A stretch of DNA of 54,829 nucleotides, filler included, from Sluysia triapertura (GCA_046118255.1; 4 parts of 4 records of this genome joined end to end with filler, not necessarily neighbours in it); one strand, 5' to 3'. Positions 14,680 through 27,254 are shown, counted from the whole stretch's first letter. Made by a program: numbers and translations. Notes: generated from the letters alone by a model not told the origin.

Positions 14680-15120
14680 GTAAATCTTGATTCCAAAAGC
14701 CGTCAAATAACCCTCGATCGAGCTTCCCAACCGAGCTCAGACATGTTCGACATAGCTCAGAAACGAATTCAGACTTTAATGGAAATTGACTCATACCAAC
14801 GATTTCTGCGCAGTGATATGCTTCAACAAATGCTGATCGATTCTACCATTTCGACTCCGCGATCGTCCATTATGAGGATAAGTTCCCTGCGCAGTTCCAC
14901 AACGAGCAGTAGTGCTACTAACAGTACTCATTACACTGGAGGTGTTTGTAAAACCAGTATTGATAAGTCTGGTACGCCCTGTTCGAATGAATCTGGGTCT
15001 AGCAACAACAACAATAATAATAATAATAATAATAACAATAATCCTAGTACCAGAAGGATGCATGCCAGTACTTCAGACAATTGTATACCGCATCACGCAT
15101 ACTCACGATCTGCAAACTAA
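14680..15120 (+). CDS. Regulator of G-protein signalling (RGS) protein, terminal exon
   Basis: Acceptor ...ttacacag|GTAAATCTTGAT. VNLDSKSRQIT...MFDIAQKRIQTLMEIDSYQRFLRSD is the C-terminal RGS box, followed by a Ser/Asn-rich tail and TAA. Confidence 0.9.
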   Translation, partial: VNLDSKSRQITLDRASQPSSDMFDIAQKRIQTLMEIDSYQRFLRSDMLQQMLIDSTISTPRSSIMRISSLRSSTTSSSATNSTHYTGGVCKTSIDKSGTPCSNESGSSNNNNNNNNNNNNNPSTRRMHASTSDNCIPHHAYSRSAN

Positions 15121-16217
15121 CAAGATAACACACACACATACACACATATACATACAGAGACGGACACAATAATAATAATAACAAGACAACATGTAAACAT
15201 AAATTTTATTTATTAAGATTCAATCAGCCAATCATATCAAACAGAACAGTAGACCAAACATAACAAGAGATGGTTGCTATTTTTAGTAATATGCATATAT
15301 GATACATTTATTTCAAAGTATTTTCAGTTTTATTTATAGACGACAATTGAAATCTCAAGGGTTAATGTGTTGTTGTTGTTATTGTAGTTGTAGTTGTAGT
15401 TGTTATACATATTGTTGTTATTGTTGTTATTATTATCTTTTTGAAAAATTTATTTACAAAATCAAATATAATGCAGAACAGATAATAAAATATAAATTAA
15501 TTAATATTATTTGTTTGTCTAAATAAGAAACATTTGCTCATTTAAAAATAAGTTTATTTATAAAATATTTTCTAGTTTTATTAATTTTTATAAACATTTT
15601 CAATAATTTCGTTAATTATTGGTTAATTTCGTTTGTGGTGATAAATTGGAAATGTCAAGACCTACATGGATTATTTGTGAAGTTGATATTGGTTTGAAAT
15701 TGTTGTCGACCAATTAAAATTGATCAATAATTTGCTAAGACGATGAGATCCAAAACGGATGGCTTCGTTGTTAAAAGTACTTCTTTATTTCTTCATTTCT
15801 TGAAGAATACTGCCAGAACAATTTATTTAGTAAATTAATACTCATTCAAAGTATTTTTAATATTTATTAGATCTTTGTAGTTTGAAGGTTGATAAATAAT
15901 TGTAATGTTTTTATTTAACGTAGTAACATTGGTTTTCGTTTACGTTTTACATCATCCCCATATATAAATGTGATTTTGTTGGTTGATTTTTATTGGATAA
16001 TTGTGTTTCTCCAATCAAATTGCAAATACTTTCTGATTTTATTTTTATTAGTCTACGAATACTAGTTATTATTACTATCATTATTATAATAATTATTATT
16101 ATTATCATTATCATTATTATTATTACCGAGACTCAAAGGTCTTGTAGATTGCACTTGTTTGATGAGGATAATTTGAAGTTTTTTAAATTAGATATTTTAT
16201 TAGAAGATTTTTTGAAA

Positions 16218-16301
16218 TCTAAAACAGTGCCATTTAGAATAATGATAAAATAAGACATTGTTTGACGGGGATGATAGCATCGAATCCCGATCAGTCCATT
16301 T
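16218..16301 (+). mobile_element. Degenerate, internally deleted copy of the tRNA-containing LTR-like element
   Basis: AGTGCCATTT...TGTTTGACGGGGATGATAGC-ATCGAATCCCGATCAGTCCATTT matches the family consensus; 3' end replaced by the L2 tail. Confidence 0.65.
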
Positions 16302-16881
16302 AATAATAATAATATATTAATTTACATTGCGCTTATATCTACTGCAAAGTAAGTACTCAGAAACTCTTAAAATAATAATAATAATAATAATATTTCTTAA
16401 ATATTTCATAATCTTCCAGTAATTTGACATTGTCTGGTAGTACTGGTTGTATATTATTGAAACATAAACGGTATACAACCTATCACCTATGGATTCTGTA
16501 TAGATCATCGTGCCTCAATGAAATATTCATCATGGTTTCCAAATTTTTTATTATTTCTAAGAGATATTCAGGACTTCCGTAATGTAAGCATTTGTAAATT
16601 ATTGTCATGATTTTGAATTCTATTCTTGCTTTTATTGGCAACCAGTGTTACATGAGATCTTCTTCCCACTTGGAGAATTAGCCTTGCTGCTTGATTAATT
16701 TTAATTGTAATTCTTTCACTTTTCTATCTGAAATTGAGTTCAATAAACCATTGATAAAATCTATGTTGTTAGTTATCAATGAATGAACAATAAGTTTAGC
16801 AGCTTTTTTATTAATAAATTTTCGAATATGTGATATTTTATTTAATTGATATTTGCAATTAATATTTTCTTCCATGTACAT
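16301..16881 (-). mobile_element. 5'-truncated L2/CR1-clade LINE remnant
   Basis: LNKISHIRKFI...AKLIVHSLITNNIDFINGLL...LQ and HWLPIKARIEFKIMTIIYKCLH..PEYL match the L2 ORF2 C-terminus; ends in an AAGCGC..(TTA)n tail. Confidence 0.85.
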
Positions 16882-17411
16882 TTTTGATAAAAGAATTCAT
16901 GTCGAAACTTATAAATGGTTCCGATAAAATGTTAAACAGTATACTTTAATTAGTACTTGAAAACGTACCAACGACTAAATAAATACGAACTAACGATGAC
17001 ATACATTGTGGAAAACAATGCCGGGGTTGATCCAAAGAAATGGCATATATTTTCGAAAATCAAATATAGAATTATGTTTGGCTAATGTGTGTTTTGATTT
17101 CTTCATCGTTTATTTGTACTATTCATAAGGTCTGACCTTTGTATTTTCAATTTGTTGAACTTAAAGAAATTTGAAAATTATTAATTAAATTATAATAATA
17201 TTTAATATTTACATTTACAAATATCTTTTAATGTTTTACGATTCGTCATTTATAAATTCTTTTAATTAAATACTTATGTTAATTATGTTAAAGAAATATG
17301 TTCTAAGTTTTCTTCAAGCCGTATTTAAAATTATATTATTTTTTCTGATAAATATTCATCTACAATTGAAATCCCGTAGTACACAAATAATAAATTAATT
17401 AATATATAGTA

Positions 17412-17835
17412 TTGGATTAGTGCATAAATTTGTGTGGTTTATGCACGACGCACACCAACTTCATTCAGCTGAATTATCTATTTAAATCATTTTAGACTAA
17501 CTTTCACTTTCATTAAAACGGAGTGTCAGGTAGATAAAAATGAACATTTCCGGCATCTACTTCTTTTCTATTTCCGCTTCATGTCGAACCATCTTTCTGG
17601 TCTCACATTTGAAAATGAAAAGCAATAACAATGTGCATTTAAGAATTTTTCGACCAAACTGCCAGAACGATGAAATGAAGATATCGATTGTGGCGAAGAG
17701 ACTAAGAGCTATTTGTTTTTCTAATGATTGAATAAATTCAATGTGCTATCTGAAATTTTTTGCACGGTTTTTATTCTTGATCAGTATGCATTTGTCACAG
17801 TTGTACAAAACTCACGAACTTATGCACCAACCCAA
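17412..17835 (+). mobile_element. Internally deleted mariner DNA transposon
   Basis: TA on both flanks; TIRs TTGGATTAGTGCATAAATT / AACTTATGCACCAACCCAA. Transposase start (M>T)ECQVDKNEHFRHLLLFYFR at ~17518 and C-terminal KLPER*NEDID remnant at ~17656. Confidence 0.88.
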
Positions 17836-17876
17836 TAAGTATATTATACTAAATACATCTATAAATTATTACTTAA

Positions 17877-18098
17877 CCCCTTCCCTGTTTATGCCGTATA
17901 TTTACGGGGTAACTAAAACTGACCAGAGCATAAAATGCTGCATATATATACGGCACCGAAACAATCAAACGAAAAATAAGTGTAATCTTCGTAATATTTA
18001 TAAAACGACGTAGAGAATATCTACTTTTGTTTTTTTGTCAATAAAAAAATAGCCAGTTTTCGACCATAAACTTGAAAAATAAATAAACCGGGAAGGGG
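17877..18098. mobile_element. piggyBac-type MITE
   Basis: TTAA on both sides; TIRs CCCCTTCCCTGTTTAT / ATAAACCGGGAAGGGG (15/16 match); subterminal CCGTATATTTACGG-like palindromes. Confidence 0.85.
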
Positions 18099-18915
18099 TT
18101 AAATAATATATATAAGTCCTTTTTTAAACTGGGACTACAACAGATAGATTCTATTGAATTAAAACTGTATAATATACACCTTTCTATTGTGGTACTAGAC
18201 CCTGATACCGTTTATTTGGGGGTATAATACTTTGATACCGAGTGTTTATAATATTGTGATTATCTTTAACTCGTATAACATTATTTACTGTTGCATTAAG
18301 GAACTTATAAAAATTATTGAAAAGAAAATTAAAATATCGTCGAAAACTTTTATTGCTTATAATTAAATATATATCCAAATTTCGCCTACACTTTCTTGAA
18401 TATACTACTGCCATCTCTTCATATACATTTATAAAAAATTACTAAAACATAATCATCTTTAACAAAGGTTTAAAAAGAGATTAACAACATTAAAGTTCAC
18501 TTTATAAAAGCTTTGTTGTTTCAGTAATTCTGAGTTGTTACATCGAATTCGTTTTTTGCAATTTGTGACTGAAGAAGACTAATTTCAATGATTCCGGTAA
18601 TTGACACCAATTCGTATAATTTATGTGCATATTATGGACAGAATTTTTCATTATTGATACGTTGGCCTGTTATTGAGATTCGTATAGACATAATGCTGAT
18701 TTGAAGAAACGTTATTTATCATAGTCTTGTATTACATGAAGCTTTGCATTATCATGACTTGTAACATTACACGATCTAATTGGTCTGATCAAAGTATTAG
18801 GCGGTTGCATTACATTAGAAATTGACTGGTTAGTTTGTGACATGTTTAGAACGACACCGTGAGTGTTAATGGGACTAAAAACATCTGCTAAAACCGCTGC
18901 TTACAAATATCAAAG

Positions 18916-19230
18916 TTACAAATATTGTATATCTTGCTCAATTAGGCGACACTTATTTTCTAAATCAACATCTTTATTTGTTTCACTTAAAGCATCTAGA
19001 TTTTCGACAGCATTTTGTAAAATAACTGAAGGGGATGCCCCAATAACTCTGAAAGTTTGAATAGTCTCATGTAATTCTGTATAACTACTTTTAATACTAC
19101 GTATATGCTTTCTCTCTAATTCACCATAATGATTTTTTCTAAATCTACTATCACTTGAGGATCATCATCGTTATAATAATTTTCATAATCATAATCATCA
19201 TTATCATAATCGTCATCAAAAATGTTCACA
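18916..19230 (-). pseudogene. Decayed intronless Max/Myc-network bHLH-leucine zipper
   Basis: Manual translation: acidic DDYDYENYYNDDD, a frameshift, then RKNHYGELERKHIRSIKSSYTELHETIQTFRVIGASPSVILQNAVENLDALSETNKDVDLENKCRLIEQDIQYL*. Aligns with Max (HHNALERKRRDHIKDSF..L...ASRAQILDKATEYI...LLEQQV). Confidence 0.65.
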
Positions 19231-19750
19231 TCTTTAAATTTCTCGTGACATTATCATATTGCTTTAAATCAGATTGTGTATTATTTCTATTAAAAATTTA
19301 AAAGTTTTAAATCGAATTCTTCTTTACTAAGATTTTTGATTAATTAATTGAGCATATATCGTTTTTATCAAATTCCGTTTGCCAAAAATTTATACTGTGA
19401 CTAATTGCTTAATTATCTCAAAAAATTTTTGGCGTTTATGATTTTATTATTTTTTTACTACAAGTTAATCGGGTGCGTATAATTTTCTTGCGTCTAAAAT
19501 AGTTGGACAAGACTTTTAACAAATGCTACACGCCACTCGTAACTGCATTGGCTGGCCAGTAAAATGGAAACTGTTAGTTTCTATGTGAAATTTATCTATA
19601 ACTAACTGTCTAATGATGACAGAAATAAATGGAAATGTGACTCGCGTGTCAAAATTGACATGTTAAATAATTAGATTTATCAAAATAATAATGCTAAAAC
19701 TTAATGATGATGATGATAATAAAAGTACTAATGATAATAAGAATAAAATA

Positions 19751-19753
<3 letters not shown>

Positions 19754-19802
<49 letters not shown>
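19754..19802 (+). repeat. (AAT)n microsatellite
   Basis: Perfect AAT run. Confidence 0.95.
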
Positions 19803-19804
<2 letters not shown>

Positions 19805-22475
19805 TGAAATAAAATAATAAAAATAAAAATAACACAAAACGCATATATTGTTTACATATATTTCTTTTAGTTTTTTAATTCTTCTTATCTTTCTATCTTT
19901 TCTTAACGGACTTCTTTAAAATATAAACTCATATATCTTTTAACACTAGTTCTTTTTCTTGAATATAATTTATTTTATGTCAAATTTGTGAATGTCTTGT
20001 CTATTCATGAATTTTGCGATTTTTGCTTAAATCTTATTAAATAAGTAAGTTTCTTGAAGTTTCTGATTCTGTGAATTTTTTAATGACTTTAGGAATCTTT
20101 AAACTATTGTATAATCTTAGAGTAGTTAACTTGAAGTTGTCAACTTTGAAATCTGTGTTGCGAATTGTTTGTTGAAATAAAATAAAATATCATAGAATGA
20201 GAAAAAGGAAGAATAATAATAAAATGAGAAAAGAGAAATTGTAGGAAAGATATGGTGACGTTAAAAGTGTTAGAAAAAATTCCATTTAAATTATTATCAT
20301 GATTAAATTTAAATTACAATTTTAATGATTTTTTGATGTAATAAAAGTTGAAATATTATGAAATGTGGTTTTAGTGTGATGTGTTGAATTTAAAATTTTA
20401 AGTGATAAAGTTGGCCACCACACTTTCAATTTATATGGTCAATTAAAAAAGATCTGTAAAATTGGCCCAAAAATATTTAATCATTCGGTGGTTTAAAAAT
20501 CAAACAGTTCTTCTAGTCGTGAGAAAAGATATATTACTTTAATAACAAATTCGGTTATGTAAATAACTTAATTTAATGTGTAATGTTTTGTAATGTAAAT
20601 AATTTAATTTAATTTATTATATAAATTAGTGTAAATAAAAAGTTTCAGAAAATTCAATAATTTTTAATTTTATAAATCTAAGTGGTTTTAATTAAAAGAT
20701 TAATTAAATCAGTTCTTAGAAAATCTTTATCAAAAATTATTTATAAAATTTAATCATAGAAAATTATTTTATCTTATTTATCACATAAATATTTATTGTC
20801 AATCTTTAATAAAATATTTTTTCGGCATCAAATACTTAGAAATCCAAATTGTTTATGTTTTGTTGGCGGCATAAAAAAGAAAATAAAAGTTATATAAAAA
20901 CATTAAGTTCACACTATAATAACATTACGTTCTCTGGTTATCGACTTCGTGAAAAGCTTTAACGAATAGTATCAGCGCAGTGTTACTAAGTCCGATTCTT
21001 CGAAAAATCAATTGGAACCTTTTTATTGAACAATATTTCTGGAAACAATTTCATATTCGCCAATCCATGAAAACCTAAGATGGTTTTTGTTAAGTTCAGC
21101 CCTAATCATTAGCTTTAAAATCGACATAAAATTTATTTGATCATATCCAAGCATTCGCCTGGATTAAAATCTTTTTTTAAAAATCTTTGAAGTTATTGAA
21201 TCAGTAGAAATCCTATATCATTTTATTATTATTTTTTATTATAACTGATTTAAATTGTGTAAATTAACTTATTATTTTAATAATAAATATTTGGTTTTTA
21301 GTTCGTTATATTTATTAATATCAATTAAAAGGAACTTTAATATAAGTAAATTAGAACATATAATTTTTAATAATGTCGGTGTAATTTTTAAAGTTTAATC
21401 TTGTTCATTAAAATCTGGAAATTGCTGTAAGAGTAAGGACGTTTTCGAAGGTTATTGTCATTTAGATCCTGTGAATACAAATCGTAAATCACAGGCGAAC
21501 CCGTTTCTATTATCATAATTGTTGGTGATAAAAATTAGAACAGTTATAATATAATATAAAGATTTTCATTAGCATTAATAAAAAGGTTTGAATATTTTAG
21601 ACTTAAAGTCTATTCACTTTAAAAGTTACTGATTACGACGTTTAAAAATTTCACTAAAATTTTTGTAACATTTTCCGTAGTAAATTTTGGTCTAATTATA
21701 CGAAAAAAATAACGTCTAGTAATTCTGATAAATATTAATTGATTTGATTATATTTATCCTGGTAATTTCGGCAAATGTTATTTCGTTATTGTTTCAAAAT
21801 ACAAACTTTGTAAGTTCGAAAGATAATTGTGTGAAAATAATAGTCTTTTGTTAACCAAAATAATTTAAGATATAACTTGTGTTTTTAACTCGTTATCTAA
21901 AAATAATCGTACAATAATATTTCTAAAATTCGTTAACTGAAGAATACAAGAAATAAATATTGCCACTCTTAACACAAATATTTTATATTGTTCTTTAGAA
22001 AATATAATTTTTGTTAAACAACAAAATCCTAAATAGTTTCTTTTTGATGTTAATTTTGTTTGTATCTACGAACTGATTTTATTTATTGCTTAACAATGCA
22101 GATGCTAAAAACTGTTCCGAGAATAATAAAAAATAATTTCTCGAAAATTTAATTTATAAGAAAAAAAAGTAATCGCACTAACGTTTTTAAACATTTATGG
22201 ATTTAATATTGAAAATTTATATTTAATATGAAATGCAAACATATCCAAAAAAAGTATCAAAATTTGTATTTAAATAAATATAAAATTTTATATGCATATT
22301 CTTTGTTGATAAATAAAACTTGATATTTCACTTTTTTTATATTCGCTTTAATAACCAAAATAAATTTTATTGATTATTACATATATAAGTAAATTCTTTG
22401 TTTAATTCAGTCAATAAAGTGCACTTAAAAACGAACGATTTTTAATTAACATATTATTTATTCTCGCCAAACTTA

Positions 22476-23088
22476 ATGGGTATGGTAAAATCTAAGAGCA
22501 GACGAAAAAAGAACAATACTCTTCGACCGACTTCTGGTCCTCAAAATGTTTATGAGCAGCCAAATATGGATGATTATGATGAAGTGACAACATCGCCAAA
22601 TTTAAATAATAAAGAAAAATGTATATGTTTTTTTCCTTTTGTAGAAAATCAAGAAAATGAAATTAGTATTCATAAAAATGACACTGTTTATATATTGGAA
22701 GATCCTTTAAATGAATGGGTTAAAGTGTATAATAAAAATAGTGAAAAGTCTGGTTTTGTACCATTAAAATGTTTGGAAAGATTTACCGGAAATGTGACGG
22801 ATAAGCATTATTTTTATGATATTAATAAAATATCAGCAGAAAAAAAGCTTCAACGAGCTGGAATTAAAGCTGGAACTTTTCTTGTAAGACCTAGTTTTTC
22901 AAGTAATATTTTAACTATATTTGTGTTATTTACTTCAGGACCAAATTGTTATGCTTTAAGTGTTAGAGAAAACTCAAATAACTCATGGTGTATAAGACAC
23001 TACTTAATTATTAATGAAAATAACAAGTATAAATTGAATAATGGTGTCTCTTTTAATAGTTTGGAAGAGCTTATAGTAAAGTTGAAAA
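22476..23088 (+). CDS. Src-family tyrosine kinase-like protein, N-terminal exons (SH4-SH3-SH2); kinase exons not seen
   Basis: MGxxxSK myristoylation motif plus basic patch; SH3 (ENEISIHKND..WVKV..SGFVP); SH2 (AEKKL...GTFLVRPS...YALSVR...IRHYLI...FNSLEELI). 36-nt intron 22903-22938; donor GTTAGT at 23089. Confidence 0.88.
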
Positions 23089-24224
23089 GTTAGTTCGGTA
23101 TTATAATTGATGATAATATTAAAATTTGTATTATTATTAATACAGTTATTTTCTAATTAATTAATTTTTAAAAATTCTTTTCTTGTTTCTTGTAAGTTTT
23201 CGTATTATTAATTATTATTATTATTAATTAATTATTATTATTAATTAATTAGCACAATTAATAAAAAATAGCATAGAAAAGCTGGAACGTTTCCTTTCCA
23301 TCGAAATAATTCGATTATTTTATTTTTATAAGTATAATTTTAAAAGGAAATAAAATTACACCTTATAATTAAAGTTTGATAGAATAATTTTGGAGTTGTG
23401 AACACATCATGCGTAAATGCTAAAGGATATATGAAAGTGATCCCAAGTAGGACCTATTATTGAAGAAGTAGTGCTTTGAGGACTCATTATTTATAGCGAT
23501 GAATGGAGGGCTATGAGAACGTAATAGTTACATAATACTGTATTATAGAATTAAAATTTGGAGTGCAACTTTTGATTCAAGTACCAAACTGTAGATTTTT
23601 AGTACATGAGAGTGTATATAGTATGTTTGAGTGTCCATTAATGCATCTAGAAAGTACAATGTTTAATCAAATAAAATTGACATTACCTAAATTAAACAGA
23701 TCATTTAAAGATCTACATGAAAATATTGAAGTTACACAGATTACTGTTTAACGTAATGAATGTAGCCTCATTCCTTGGAAAGTTTACATCTCACAAAAGA
23801 ATAAATCTTATCCATACGTCGAAACGACTAATAATATCGAGCAACTTATTTTTTACATACCATAATAATTTTAATAACCTTGTCTCTCTTCACAATTATA
23901 ATGTGCATCTATTCACTAAAAACACACTAAATAACAATTTACATAAATAATTACACAGATTTATCACTACGAGATTACTTCAATGTTAGTTAATTTCAAA
24001 CAATTACGACCTAATCGTGAATAGTAAGAATCTTAAAACTTTTAAGAGGAAACACAAGTCAACAATTATTTGTACATTCAAACCACGCACATAACTCTTT
24101 TTCTTAGGTTCTTATGGCCTTCACATATTAAATATTGGAATTCAAAGATAAATTGTTTGAGGAAATCATCCTGCTTTTTGCAAACAATTATCATCAGAAT
24201 ACCAGTCTGAATTCCTACTATTAT

Positions 24225-24372
24225 TAGTGGTATGCCGAGGTCCTGTCCCAGAGAGGGGCAAGACCTCTAACTGGCGCCTCCAAACATCATCACCAATTGT
24301 CAAAAAGCATTATACATTGACTATACATTTATTTCGTATTCTATTTTTCTAGAAGCCTTTATTCCGCCACTG
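24225..24372. mobile_element. Possible small hAT/Harbinger-type MITE
   Basis: Imperfect termini TAGTGGTATG / TTCCGCCACTG around a GC-rich core; TSD imperfect. Confidence 0.35.
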
Positions 24373-25055
24373 ATTATGATGAAATAGCGTAACTTTAGAT
24401 TCTGACCAGGATAGATAAGATATTTTGAAGACCTCAACTGACATTATGAAAAAGAAGACCATGATACAGACATGACGTCACTGCAGACTCATTTGGAGGA
24501 CGAAGATAAAGAAATAATTCAGTATCTTTGAAACCAATAGTCCAAGTGTTTACGAATATCTCCATTTTGTCATTTAATAACCTTTATAATTCAACCCTAT
24601 TGCAATTCTACATCTATTTGATCAAAGTATTAAATATAGCCATAAGTACACAACTTATTTGGACCAACATTGTAATGGTCAAAACCCAAATCCCGACATT
24701 AAGATATAAAACTTAATGGTATTCCATTTCATGCACTTATTCTAACATTTATATCAAACTTCTGGTATTATTAGATTGGATACTTCTTGCTTTACTTAAT
24801 GTAGTTATTATTGTTATTGTTTTTTTTCTTTCTGCCACTCAGTCTGTGCTTTTACTGAAGTTTCTTATCAAATTAAATTAGATTGTATCATTTATTCACA
24901 TTCACAATTTTCTAATAAAAAATGTTTTACAGTTTTTATTTTCAAACAAACCCTGTTTTAAATTATTCTTACTCATACAAATCATCCTATATTTGGTTCT
25001 AAATTTAACAATATTAAGGTATTAACAATTAATATTTGATTTTGTTCAATATTAA

Positions 25056-25289
25056 CCTCTTGTCGCCCGAATTAATTTTCAAATCTAATAAAAAATTTTC
25101 GAAATTACTACTTTCGAAATTACTTCCGGTAAATTGTTGTAATGAAAAGCTATTCAGTACCAGCTAAATATGTAGTATTAAATGAGTCGTAAACGCTACA
25201 GTGGGCTATAAGGGAATAAGTAAAGACATTTGTTCAATAAATTATAGTTTTCAGTTTGAGTCGTATACGACTCACCGGGCGACAAGAGG
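25056..25289. mobile_element. piggyBac-type MITE
   Basis: TTAA on both sides; perfect 14-bp TIR CCTCTTGTCGCCCG / CGGGCGACAAGAGG; subterminal palindrome TGAGTCGTATACGACTCA (25257-25274) with a degenerate second copy at ~25183. Confidence 0.9.
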
Positions 25290-27000
25290 TTAAGGTAAAT
25301 CACATTTCTTTCAAAAGATCTAACTAAAACGAACTCTGGACACAGTCATAGCATAGTTTTTCTTAATTAAGATTTTAATTACTTAATCTATTTTTAGAAT
25401 GTGTGTCCTAGTTTTATGTTTAAAGTTCTTAGTGTTTTACTACTCTAGCTTCTTTTTCCACTTATTTATGCTAATTATTAACGTATCAAATTTGTTGTTA
25501 TTATTAAAAGTAATTTTATTTCACAAATATTTTAAATATTTTAAATATTATATGCTTATTAAATGACAAAAAGCCTATAATGTCTTCAATGATTTTAAGG
25601 GCTTACAAATTCAAAGGTACCTTAAGATTACAAGTAAAGGTTTAAGGCAATCTTCAAATATGTCAAAATGTCCTTGTAATTTCTAAAATATTCTTTAATA
25701 TCTAAAACAATTCTAAATATATTTCTATGTTTTATTAAATATTTACATTAAATCTTTATATATTTATCTACTTTTAGTGATATTCTATTACTCTGAACGG
25801 TTATTTTGATTGGTTTAAATAAGTATTTTTGATTACAATAGATAATGAAAGAGATTTAATTTAAAAGACAGTTCCGAAGAATATTCATCAGTTAGGACTT
25901 TTAATTATGTAATACTAAGTATGTTAATTGAAATATGCTCATTATTAAATCACCTAATTACTTAATTGCTATTAATTTAAAAATGATTGTTCATATCACT
26001 TTAGATTGATATGTTTTATATTGCGTAGCTTTAGTTTCTTGAATACTTAAATTATTGTTATATTTAATGTTTTATTTGACTAATTATTAGTTAATTTAAT
26101 TAATTATTAAATTAATTATTTAAATTGTTACATTATCTAAACCCAAGGGGACGAGCTTCCGGATGGGGGCGCTAAAAATTTTAAAATTGTTAGATTTTAC
26201 AAACAAAGTTTTGTTTTTTCTTTGAATATTTTTTGTTGTTCATTTACCAATTGAAGTAATTCTATCATTTAATTCCATAATTTACGTTCTTGATGTAGAA
26301 CAATCATCAATAATAAAATTTCATAAATTAATTATACATGTGCACTAAAGATGTTATACTATTTGGTATTCTGCTATTTTTTAGCTGTTAATTAAAATAA
26401 AGGTAACAGACACTGCTATCACAATCGCGAAATAGCAGCTATTAGATAACAGCAACGTGTTGAAAAAAATATTAATATTTCATAGATATAATAATTGCAT
26501 TTTTGGTATATAAAGAATTAAAATTTAATTTTGTTAATTTTTCTTTATTTTAGAACTGTTGTTTTTATAATAACAGAAAAAGGTGTTATTAAAAAGGTGT
26601 TTATTTTAATTATGCAGTTTTTTTTATAGTGGCGTTATAGTGGCGTTGTTGAAGGCAAAATGATTCAGGAAGGAAGCCAAGGAATAACTTCATCTTAGAA
26701 TTTTATTAATTTAATTGATTTTAAAAAGAAATTTAGATACAGTACTTACTGTCAATCGATCAATGTGTTGAATCAAAATTAATAACTGAAATATCATTAT
26801 AATTCTAATGTTATTCCATTCCCTATGTGGGTGTGTGTATGTACTTATTAGTTTGTCATTTCTAGTCTTTGTTTTAATAAAAGTATTGGTTTTTCCTTTT
26901 TTCCCTAATCCACGATCACTACTACTACCCCAGAATATACAGTGATGGCCAAATTATTAGACTAGAACAGGAAAAATATGTTTCTCGATGATCGTGGTTT

Positions 27001-27117
27001 TGTTGGGGTAAAAGGCCTATAAAGTGCCAAGTAGTATAACTGAATATATTGAAAATGAAATTGTTAGACGGGGCTGATAGCTCAGTGGTAGAGCAGTCGG
27101 ACTGCGCAGACGATGGT
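27001..27117 (+). mobile_element. tRNA-containing LTR-like element, best-preserved 5' part, cut by contig end
   Basis: Starts TGTTGGGGTAA like the copies at 37284-37391 and 51071-51214; contains GGGCTGA-TAGCTCAGTGGTAGAGC (box A, D-arm). Confidence 0.85.
27071..27117 (+). tRNA. tRNA-Ala-like sequence (element-borne, truncated by the gap; probably not a canonical tRNA gene)
   Basis: D-arm GCTC-AGTGGTA-GAGC. Using the 3' half from the 51071 copy, the acceptor stem GGGCTGA/TCAGTCC-A has G3:U70 and A73. Anticodon arm is irregular. Confidence 0.55.
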
Positions 27118-27217
27118 NNNNNNNNNNNNNNNNNNNNNNNNNNNNNNNNNNNNNNNNNNNNTTAATTAATTAANNNNNNNNNNNNNNNNNNNNNNNNNNN
27201 NNNNNNNNNNNNNNNNN
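27118..27217. other. Artificial contig join
   Basis: N44-TTAATTAATTAA-N44. Confidence 0.97.
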
Positions 27218-27254
27218 TATTAATATTAATATTAATATTAATATTAATATTAAT

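Noticed and set aside
14394-14730. Poly-Ile and poly-Asn ORFs, and the N-terminal half of the 199-aa ORF
   Set aside because: Translations of an intronic ATT microsatellite; the real exon starts at 14680.
20930-21540. Faint DFNPGE(N)AW-like transposase motif on the minus strand
   Set aside because: Too degraded to support a call by eye.
27071-27117. Bona fide tRNA gene or ordinary tRNA-SINE
   Set aside because: Embedded in TG..CA-bounded repeats with ~50-70 bp of conserved upstream sequence, fixed 4-bp TSDs, no tail and an irregular anticodon arm.
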